In this document: positions 20,122-27,908 of the stretch, one piece after another | Position numbering within the stretch: the stretch's first letter is position 1 | Layout: each line of letters opens with the position of its first letter | Assembly: GCA_019634385.1 (NCBI GenBank) | Contig: JAHQVK010000175.1 | Location: 333 to 64,332, forward strand | DNA from: Myxococcales bacterium | GTDB lineage: Bacteria > Myxococcota > Kuafuiibacteriia > Kuafuiibacteriales > Kuafuiibacteriaceae | Length of the DNA: 64,000 bases | Direction of reading: 5' to 3' | Notes under the pieces: model-generated | Told to the model about the DNA's origin: nothing | The model's database searches: none | The model's input: only the letters and a program-made list of their open reading frames with translations | Position numbers and translations under genes: made by a program

Positions 20122-20585
20122 TTAATCTCTTATCTAGACGCTTTCTGCGACTGGTTCCGCAGGGCGGAGAAAACTCGTTAACTGCGAGTTTTTCGAGTAT
20201 CTGTTTGACAAAACATTATCCTAGGAGATCGCCCGGCAGTTTTTGTGTTGATGGGATCAAGAGCACAAAAATGATATCTGTAACGTACCAATAATTGGGT
20301 AGCCGCGCGGTTGCTTACCCTGCCGGGGTATGCGTACCTCATGAGATCCTTGAATCAGCTTATGATAAATTACCATATTGAATGTTTTCCCAAAGTGCTT
20401 CAACTCTAATGAGGATATTTACACGTTGAACTCCGTGAGGTTTCCCACGTATATAAGCCGACATAGCAGTAGATAATAATGTAGGGTGACTAGATGAGCT
20501 GTAGAGATAACGATCGGTTAGGATTTAATCCTTGAACCTTAGCTATTGGGGGAGCGGAAAGATGGCACTTGCTTATGATGATCGA

Positions 20586-20676
20586 GGTCAAACAATGACC
20601 AACAGTCACCTATTGTATCTTCGGGGGCTTTGAGGGCAGACCCTCAATAGCACTCCGAAGCAAGTATAGAAGGAGC
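20586..20676 (+). promoter_or_regulatory. putative leader: inverted repeat, long hairpin and RBS of the four-gene operon
   Basis: GGTCA-N5-TGACC (20586-20600); stem-loop 20619-20660 with TTGAGGG-caga-CCCTCAA core; AAGGAG at 20670-20675 before the TTG start. Confidence 0.4.
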
Positions 20677-20680
20677 CTCT

Positions 20681-21781
20681 TTGAGAGCCGTCAACGACGA
20701 AGCGTGTAGAGTTGTTATCGAGCCGGATCGCTGTGATCTGCAAGAGGCAACCTACGATCCCCGGCTGTCATCGGCTGGACGAGATGATGGTCAGCATGTT
20801 GTTTATACAACAGTAGATCGGGTTGTCTATCAGCCGGCACCAGACGTCGTGGAGAAGATCCTCGATGCCAATGGATATTCAATGAATCTCGAGAATATCC
20901 TTGCGGTACTTGACGAGGTCAAAATTGGTTACCGGCTTCAGGTGTCGAACGAGCCTTTGGCCCCCAACTCTGTCCCCATCGCCAAGACTTTTCTGCCTGC
21001 ACTCACCCTGCGACTCCCGATGAAGAACCGGGTGGGTCCACTGCTTGCAAAGTTCTATGCTGAGGTTGGTGGATACCAGAATGAACTTGTTCGGCTGCGT
21101 GAGCAAGCGGGACGAGCTCATGGAGGACAACGAAAAGAGCTGGAAGACCTTCGTCGAGAGCACGAGAAACTCAAGGCGGAGAATGAGCAGCTTCGAACCC
21201 AGGTTGACAGTCTCAATGCTGAGTTGGGTCAACTTCGAAAATCCCACGCAGCGGCCAATCACGCCTTGGCTGAACAGAATATTTTGCCGGCTCAGGTGCG
21301 TGTGGCTCAGGTGCACAAGGTTGACTTGGAGGAGCGATATGTTGCGCTTAAGTCAGGGCGCAAAGTCTTCAGTGTCCCCTTGGTGGCCATCTGGGTCTAC
21401 CCGGAAAAAGACGAGCCGTGTTTAGTTAGTATCCAAGACGGTGAAGTATCGGGCGTATTTTTTCATGAAGGTGCTCAGCCTATCCCCGGTATGGTCCTGG
21501 GTGAGGTGCTTCATGTGGCTGAGGGGCAGTGCAAAGTTCGGGAAGAAAACCGCCGTACACGGGTCATTCAAGCTCAAAATCCTGCGGAGAAGGAACTCAT
21601 CAGTCAAATGAGACGAGGGGACCGAGTCTTGTTATTCCTTCACAACGATGAGCTTCTGAGGTTTGTTCCCTGTGGAACGTTCAACGCGGAAGCTTTTGCT
21701 CGCGCGGTACAAGAATCTATCGCTCGTTGGGAAATTGCACAGTCGGAAGAACAGGGGTCAGATGGAACAGGGCCTGTATAG
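20681..21781 (+). CDS. coiled-coil plus tandem OB-like domain protein (ARC/Mpa N-domain-like, no AAA+ domain)
   Basis: TTG start with AAGGAG RBS; heptad region LEDLRREHEKLKAENEQLRTQVDSLNAELGQLRK; two beta-rich repeats containing SGRK and MRRGDRVLL. Confidence 0.75.
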   Translation: MRAVNDEACRVVIEPDRCDLQEATYDPRLSSAGRDDGQHVVYTTVDRVVYQPAPDVVEKILDANGYSMNLENILAVLDEVKIGYRLQVSNEPLAPNSVPIAKTFLPALTLRLPMKNRVGPLLAKFYAEVGGYQNELVRLREQAGRAHGGQRKELEDLRREHEKLKAENEQLRTQVDSLNAELGQLRKSHAAANHALAEQNILPAQVRVAQVHKVDLEERYVALKSGRKVFSVPLVAIWVYPEKDEPCLVSIQDGEVSGVFFHEGAQPIPGMVLGEVLHVAEGQCKVREENRRTRVIQAQNPAEKELISQMRRGDRVLLFLHNDELLRFVPCGTFNAEAFARAVQESIARWEIAQSEEQGSDGTGPV

Positions 21782-22586
21782 TCGAGCCTATTTCTCTAAG
21801 CCGCGAGCGGGAAGAGATTTCTTATCTGTTGTTACCAGCGCAATTGGGCTGGGTGCTGTAGGTTGGGCCGTTACACAAACTAGCTCTTTGGAGCAACTAG
21901 TTGATGTACGGAGTATTTTCATTGTGGGAGTGGGAACGGTCGCCACTACTCTGCTACAATATAATTTCCGGACGTGTTGGCTCACCTTAGTATCTATTCT
22001 GCGGTCGCTTTTGGGTACGCCCGTCAAAGCCGCAGTGGCCATGCGGAGAGAAATTGACGACGCGATCATCAATGGTGATCACTTGGTTACCTTGCGTGAG
22101 GGAACTCGCGTGACCGGGGAGCTTCTAAACGATATCGTATTTATGTATCGGCAAGGGCTCTTGTTTGACGAGATCGACCAATTTGTTACCTCCCGTTTGG
22201 AGGCTGAATTGAGCGACAAGCGGGTAGCGGCAGAATTACTTCGACGAGCAGCGCTTACGGCACCAGCCCTCGGACTGTTTGGAACGGTATTAGGTCTGAC
22301 AGGGGTGCTCCGATCCATGGATGATCCAACCAAGATAGGGCCATTGATGTCCCTGGCCCTGATGACAACCGCTTATGGATCAGGCCTTGGATCCTTTGCG
22401 TGTACACCACTAGCTGGTCGATTAGAGCATCATAATACCGTTTTTGTGGAAGTCCATCGACAGCTATTGAGTCGGGTAGGGATCCTTCTTGCTCGCGAGG
22501 AGCGTACTTTTGGTGTGACCCATGCACCTCAGATTAGTGACAATGCATCAGACCAGATTAGAACTTCCGAGCACGCCGATAACTGA
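21762..22586 (+). CDS. MotA/PomA/TolQ/ExbB-family proton channel subunit
   Basis: DVRSIFIVGVGT and APALGLFGTVLGL...MDDPTKIGPLMSLALMTTAYG; ATG 21762 overlaps the upstream ORF end. Confidence 0.9.
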   Translation: MEQGLYSRAYFSKPRAGRDFLSVVTSAIGLGAVGWAVTQTSSLEQLVDVRSIFIVGVGTVATTLLQYNFRTCWLTLVSILRSLLGTPVKAAVAMRREIDDAIINGDHLVTLREGTRVTGELLNDIVFMYRQGLLFDEIDQFVTSRLEAELSDKRVAAELLRRAALTAPALGLFGTVLGLTGVLRSMDDPTKIGPLMSLALMTTAYGSGLGSFACTPLAGRLEHHNTVFVEVHRQLLSRVGILLAREERTFGVTHAPQISDNASDQIRTSEHADN

Positions 22587-23193
22587 CGAGTCTAGCGCAT
22601 TCTTCATCAGTCTAAGCGATCTGATGATCCTGCTGTGCGTCTTTTTTATTATGATGGTTAGTGTAAGTAAGATCGATATGGGCTCTTTTGAGCGGGTACG
22701 CAGTGCTCTACAAGGTCATACCCAAAATACCCTGGTTGAGCTGTCGGATCGATTGGAGGAGATGGTCACTGAAGAAGCTGGTATCTCCGGGGTAGAGGTC
22801 GGTATTGGTCGGGAGGGGGTACGCCTGGATTTTGAGGCCGCTGCTCTTTTTGATTCAGGCAGTGCTGTGCTGAAAACTGGCGCTTTAGACGGCATGTTAC
22901 CAATTTTTGAAATCATTAGTACCACTCGCTACCGTATTGATGTTGAGGGACACAGCGATGATGTTCCGCTACACCGAAAAAGTGGAGATGAACTAGAAAC
23001 AAATTGGTCACTGAGTGGACGGCGAGCGAGCAGCGTGGTTCATCGTCTACAGGAATTGGGTTTTCCGCCTAGCCGGCTTCGTATCGTGGGGTATGCGGCG
23101 ACGCGGCCCAAAGTACCTATTGATGGACTCAGCGAGGAGGCCCTTGATCGTGCCCGCGCTGAGAATCGAAGGGTGTCTATCTTAATTCGATGA
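22543..23193 (+). CDS. MotB/OmpA-family subunit
   Basis: TM helix FFISLSDLMILLCVFF with the conserved Asp; LFDSGSA, VEGHSDD, NWSLSGRRA and NRRVSI peptidoglycan-binding motifs; alternative start 22522. Confidence 0.92.
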   Translation: MHQTRLELPSTPITDESSAFFISLSDLMILLCVFFIMMVSVSKIDMGSFERVRSALQGHTQNTLVELSDRLEEMVTEEAGISGVEVGIGREGVRLDFEAAALFDSGSAVLKTGALDGMLPIFEIISTTRYRIDVEGHSDDVPLHRKSGDELETNWSLSGRRASSVVHRLQELGFPPSRLRIVGYAATRPKVPIDGLSEEALDRARAENRRVSILIR

Positions 23194-26100
23194 GCGCGGC
23201 TATGAACCCTCCGGAAATTGAGCATCCGCATGCTCTTCAGCAACAGGTGGTCGTTAAGCACGACCGTTGGCACCGCTTTGTCATCAGTCGGAACTTGGAT
23301 CCCAGTGGTCTATATAGTTATCGACTGACTAATGCAGCTAAGCGAGAGGCACTGATAGTGCCTCTTGATCTTTTTGAGCGCTTTAGGCTAGACGTGCGTT
23401 CTTTCGCAGTGAGTGACAGGGTTGGGGATGAGGACCAACCGACCTATACCGAGCTGCGTTTTGGGGGTCGAGTATGCTTTGCCTTTCAGCGGGGACGGTT
23501 ACCGGCTGACTGGATAAAAATTCTAAGTTTCGGTGCAGATGAAGTTCCCAATCAAGAGTTTTCTATTGCTGCATCCGCCGGAGCATCATTGGTATCGGTG
23601 TTGTTCCATCCGCAGCTTGAGCATCCTCATGATCTCTTAATTCGAATTGTAACCTACCACCGATTGTTTTCCGCGACATTTCAAGGAGGAAGCGAAAGTA
23701 TCACCAGTAATTTGCAACTAAGAAAAGATCTCCTTTGTCATGTTGATCGATATACGCCGTCGCTCGTAAAAAAATCGCCAGAGGCGCAAACGGAGGAAGT
23801 ACTCTCAGATCCGGCGATGTTGAAAGACCTAGCGGTGGGGACCCCAACCCCAAAAAATAGCTCAACTTTTAAGTCGCGTCTTGGGGAAAGAGATGAGGAA
23901 AACAAATATCTGGTGGACTATGAGTCCTTGTTTTCGAGTAGGGCTACCCGTGGTCGAAAGAAGAGTCCGTCTAATCCTGCTTTGGATTTAAATACAACCT
24001 CGTCATCGGACGAGAACGTGGGGCACTTTGCGGTGCCACTTTTAGCAAAAGATATAAAGGCGTTTGCCAAGGTACCATTTCGATGTGAGCTCTCTCGAGG
24101 GGATGCGAAAATCCTTCGACAAAATTTCTTAGACGACCGAGATGCTTCCTTCTTTCTTGGTTTCGAGATGCTGGACTGCATATTCGAACAGCGCAAGAAA
24201 TTATATACTTATCGATTTCCGTTATACTATATTCCGGTACGAATTGTAGAGTCGGGGCGAGAGGCTATTCTTCATCCGCTGGAGGATAATCGTTTCTACT
24301 TGAATCATTTTGCGTTGGCGAATCTTGTAGAAACCTATTCTTCGGCTGGGCAAGCGGCAAAGCGACTGTCCGGTTTATTATCTTCGCTGCTGACCCACCA
24401 GTTTATCGTCCGTGGTGCCCAAGATCGGGTTCGAATCATACGGATGCTTCCATCACATTCGGAGGTGTTTGAGCGAACGAGGGAAATACTTCTCGGGCTG
24501 CCCGGTGAAGAAGGAAAAGGAGGGCTACTTTCTGAGGTTAAAGTTCGTGCGATTGAATGTGACTTGGAAAGTGTTGTTCTTTACAAAGCACCTCAGTCTT
24601 CCTCCCCAATCATTCGTGCTTTGGACGATGATCTAACCAAGATTGTGGCTCTCGCGAAGCGAGGAAAAGGTGCTTACCAGTCATCGCTGTTGTCTCGCGC
24701 CCTTTCGGGGAATCTCGTGAGTGTTGATGGAGGCCAAGACGAGGCGTTTTCTCGCGCTCTGTCCATGCACAGCGCGCCAACGCGGGCGGTTCGGGCGTTG
24801 ATGGGACGTCTCAATTCAAGTGATCTGGTGCTGCTTGAAGGTCCCCCAGGAACCGGAAAGACCTACACGATTGCCAACCTTCTGATTCACTGCGTTGCGA
24901 CCGGTCGCCGTCTGCTAGTGGTCAGTGATCAGAAGGCAGCGATTCAGGCCCTGGTGGAGCAAATACAGCAGTATGTGGTCGGGTCAAAGAAGAATACCGC
25001 CGAGGGAAAGCAGCTAGGTTTGTTATGGCGACTTGCAATAAAGGTAGTGGACGAGCTCCCGGAGAACACCGAATCTTTAGCTTCTTGGTCGAGGCAAGTT
25101 CGGCGTATGCTCGGCGTGGACATATCTTTAGAATTGGACTGGGGCAGTCCGGTTGATGGGTATGAGCGGGCGATTTCTCGTATAGATGTAAAAATAGCAG
25201 AAGCTGTGAAAGAAGTTGGGCTGGCCGTTCGGCGTCGCTTCGGACAGGATAAGCGATGGCGAATCCCTGTGGTGGCGGACAAGTCGGAGCATCCTAACTC
25301 AGAGAATGACGTGCAGGCTGCTCTTGAGTTGTCAGAGCGTTTACTTAGCATGGAGGGACTGCGGGAGTGGTTGGCTAGCTATTTGGGATCTCTTCAGCGT
25401 TTACTTGAGCTTAAGCTTTCCGCAATGTTCGAGTTGTTCGCGTTACGAGGCCGCAAAGATGTGGCTGTTCAACGTCTTGAACGGACCGTTGATTGGCTGA
25501 GGCGCTTGCTCCTCGAAATGCCGACCAGCATGGAAGAGTATGAGCAGCTTGAGGTAGCGGATACGGTAAAGGCGGTTCAGGCCGGCCTTGCACCCCGATG
25601 GAGAGAGTTCTATCCCCCGAAACTGGGTTGGGCGGCGAGAGCCGCTCGACTCGTGAGTCCGTTCTCTGGTGGGGCGCAACTCCGTAAATTGGTTCGGGAG
25701 TTGATCTCTATGGTTGAGAAGCAGCTGCTACTTTGGGAGCAGCAGCCAGCCTGGGATGGTGAGGTATGGCAGAGCCTTGGACGACTGCACGCGACAATAT
25801 CGCCGGATACTAAGGGATCTATTGATATTGCGCTGGAATTGCTTCTTGCTGAGTGTAGTGATCTTCACCAGGAAGAGTCGATTCACGAGAAGCTAGAATA
25901 CATTGCTCAAATGCAGCGAGATCGAGATGATCTGGTGCGTCAGCAATTTTTGTATGGGCTTGGGCGTATCGGTCAGCGCGCGTTTGCCTCTGCTCGTGGT
26001 GGGGGAACCAGTCGCCTCACGAGTATACTGGCGATGCTCGACCGCTTAGAGTCAGCACAATCTTGGGCTAAAGCTCAAGATACTGTCCGAGAGCTCCGAG

Positions 26101-27440
26101 AGTTGCTGTTTGATGTTTTCCCGATTTGGTTGTCTCGCAAGCAGGCTGTTTCGTTCTTACTACCATGTCAGGAGCAGAGTTTTGACCTTGTGGTGGTGGA
26201 TGAGGCGACGCAGTGTCGGGTTGATGATGCGCTTCCTCTGTTATTTCGGGGGAAGAAGCTCATGGCGGTTGGAGATGAACGCCAAACAGTACTCGCAAAG
26301 AACTCGGCGATCGATGATTACCTGTTTGACGACTTTGAGCTTGATGAGCATCTAAGCTTAGCTCAGGCTCGTGGTATTAAAGGCGGGGGATCTCACCTTT
26401 TTGGTCTTATTAAACGAATCAAGCAGGCATCGGTCATGTTGGATGAGCACTACCGCTGTCCGCCGGATATAATTGAGTTTTCGAATAGGTATGTATATGA
26501 AAACCAACTGCGTACCATGCAGTGGAAGATGCTCGGTTCCCCACAGTCGGTGATTGTTGATAATAGTGAATCTCGAGTACCACCCAGCGAACGGGTCCGT
26601 TCTGGAAAGTACAAGGGCACTGAAATCAGCATGATCGATCGATTTTTCGTTTACGTAGCTCGAACCATTCGACGTCTGGAGCGAGAAACCGGTCAGGAAA
26701 TAGATCCAGAAACGGATGTGGCGATTGTCTACTTTCTTCTTAAAAACGAGGCCTATATTAAAGATAAAAAGAGTGAACTGCTGAGAAAGTTACCCAGGGG
26801 TCGAGATATTCTCGATGGAGCGGGCGCGGCTCTTCAGGGTAAAGAGCGGGATTATATCTTTTATCTATGGGATATGACTCGATACAATATGGCTGCATTT
26901 CGTCAAGGAGATGATGAAAGTAAGCGTAAGGGTGAGCTAAATGTCCTGATGAGTCGTCCAAAAAAGCGAGCGTATCATTTTCTCCATAGAGAATTTGACC
27001 AGCTTAAGCATCAAACCAGTTCGATATCAGACTACCTTATGCGTGTTCAGCAAAGGAGCTATCGTAACCGAAGTTTGTCCAGTGAGCGAGGTTCTGGGTT
27101 GCTCATGCGGATGCTACTCGAGCGAGCACTGTCTGAAGATGGGGTAGAGCGCAGCGAGCTTCAACTGGAGGTCCCCATTGGTAACCAGTTACTTGGTGTT
27201 GATCTCATGTGGCTCCCTCCTAAGAAACGAGAGGAACAGTCTTCAATTGGACTGGTAGATCTGAGTATATTTGGCAGTAGTAGAGATCCTGGTCAAGATG
27301 TGGTGGACTATTTCTTTCAGGTGCAGCGAGCGATACCACGGGTCCAACCAGTATTTGGCTTTGTACACGAGTTTGCTCGTTCGTCTTCGGTGGTGATAGC
27401 TCGGCTTAAGTCACTCGCCCGGCAACGAAAAGAGGATTAA
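23190..27440 (+). CDS. SF1 (Upf1/DNA2/NAM7-type) helicase with a DUF4011-like N-region and a degenerate C-terminal nuclease-like domain
   Basis: GPPGTGKT, DEATQ, VGDERQ, EHYRC, QGKERD and LNVLMSR motifs; ATGA overlap with the motB-like stop. Confidence 0.88.
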   Translation: MSAAMNPPEIEHPHALQQQVVVKHDRWHRFVISRNLDPSGLYSYRLTNAAKREALIVPLDLFERFRLDVRSFAVSDRVGDEDQPTYTELRFGGRVCFAFQRGRLPADWIKILSFGADEVPNQEFSIAASAGASLVSVLFHPQLEHPHDLLIRIVTYHRLFSATFQGGSESITSNLQLRKDLLCHVDRYTPSLVKKSPEAQTEEVLSDPAMLKDLAVGTPTPKNSSTFKSRLGERDEENKYLVDYESLFSSRATRGRKKSPSNPALDLNTTSSSDENVGHFAVPLLAKDIKAFAKVPFRCELSRGDAKILRQNFLDDRDASFFLGFEMLDCIFEQRKKLYTYRFPLYYIPVRIVESGREAILHPLEDNRFYLNHFALANLVETYSSAGQAAKRLSGLLSSLLTHQFIVRGAQDRVRIIRMLPSHSEVFERTREILLGLPGEEGKGGLLSEVKVRAIECDLESVVLYKAPQSSSPIIRALDDDLTKIVALAKRGKGAYQSSLLSRALSGNLVSVDGGQDEAFSRALSMHSAPTRAVRALMGRLNSSDLVLLEGPPGTGKTYTIANLLIHCVATGRRLLVVSDQKAAIQALVEQIQQYVVGSKKNTAEGKQLGLLWRLAIKVVDELPENTESLASWSRQVRRMLGVDISLELDWGSPVDGYERAISRIDVKIAEAVKEVGLAVRRRFGQDKRWRIPVVADKSEHPNSENDVQAALELSERLLSMEGLREWLASYLGSLQRLLELKLSAMFELFALRGRKDVAVQRLERTVDWLRRLLLEMPTSMEEYEQLEVADTVKAVQAGLAPRWREFYPPKLGWAARAARLVSPFSGGAQLRKLVRELISMVEKQLLLWEQQPAWDGEVWQSLGRLHATISPDTKGSIDIALELLLAECSDLHQEESIHEKLEYIAQMQRDRDDLVRQQFLYGLGRIGQRAFASARGGGTSRLTSILAMLDRLESAQSWAKAQDTVRELRELLFDVFPIWLSRKQAVSFLLPCQEQSFDLVVVDEATQCRVDDALPLLFRGKKLMAVGDERQTVLAKNSAIDDYLFDDFELDEHLSLAQARGIKGGGSHLFGLIKRIKQASVMLDEHYRCPPDIIEFSNRYVYENQLRTMQWKMLGSPQSVIVDNSESRVPPSERVRSGKYKGTEISMIDRFFVYVARTIRRLERETGQEIDPETDVAIVYFLLKNEAYIKDKKSELLRKLPRGRDILDGAGAALQGKERDYIFYLWDMTRYNMAAFRQGDDESKRKGELNVLMSRPKKRAYHFLHREFDQLKHQTSSISDYLMRVQQRSYRNRSLSSERGSGLLMRMLLERALSEDGVERSELQLEVPIGNQLLGVDLMWLPPKKREEQSSIGLVDLSIFGSSRDPGQDVVDYFFQVQRAIPRVQPVFGFVHEFARSSSVVIARLKSLARQRKED

Positions 27441-27542
27441 AGTCTTACTCTTTAAGCGAAAACTATTGATCTCACTCCCTATCATTTTTACTGAGATGTT
27501 ATCGCCCACAAGGAGCTTTGATGGCTGAAGCTGAATTGTGTT

Positions 27543-27723
27543 CTAGCAGCCTGTTGATTTGTCCATGTGTGTAGCTATCGAGCCAGGATTTTCGAGAAAC
27601 GCTCTGACGACGAGGCGAGCGTACCTGGCGGTGCGTGACCGAGGAGAGACTTTTAGTGGTCAGAAAGTTTCACGCAAAGACTGGCCGATAGATGCGTGCA
27701 GGGCTAGATCAACAGGCTGCTAG
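27543..27723 (+). mobile_element. MITE family D
   Basis: Perfect termini CTAGCAGCCTGTTGAT / ATCAACAGGCTGCTAG; second copy at 31513. Confidence 0.85.
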
Positions 27724-27908
27724 GGGGTGTCTTTACGCTCCGGCTACGGAGATGATGCCGTGTCCCACGTTTGTGAGGGGTCGTGCTCGGAGGGAGGGTA
27801 CCGGGATGTATTGGGTCGAGTGGCCCGAAAAGGGGGCGAAACCACCGACACCCTCACAAACGCGGGAAAGAGTCAGAACGCGGTCCGGAGTTTATAGACA
27901 CGCCCTAG
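27720..27908 (+). mobile_element. MITE family A
   Basis: CTAGGGGGTGTC ... GACACGCCCTAG; shares its left CTAG with D; the right CTAG holds the stop of the minus-strand CDS. Confidence 0.85.

Noticed and set aside
20562..20580. Sigma-54 promoter (TGGCAC...TTGC)
   Set aside because: The GG-to-GC spacing is too short for the -24/-12 consensus.
21762..23193. Assigning motA/motB or zorA/zorB gene symbols
   Set aside because: There is no flagellar operon context, no long ZorA tail and no ZorC/D/E-like partners, so only a family-level call is supported.
18862..27908. Composite transposon formed by A copies flanking the helicase operon
   Set aside because: A copies occur every few kb, so flanking is expected by chance, and the outer target sites differ (TTAG vs CTAG).
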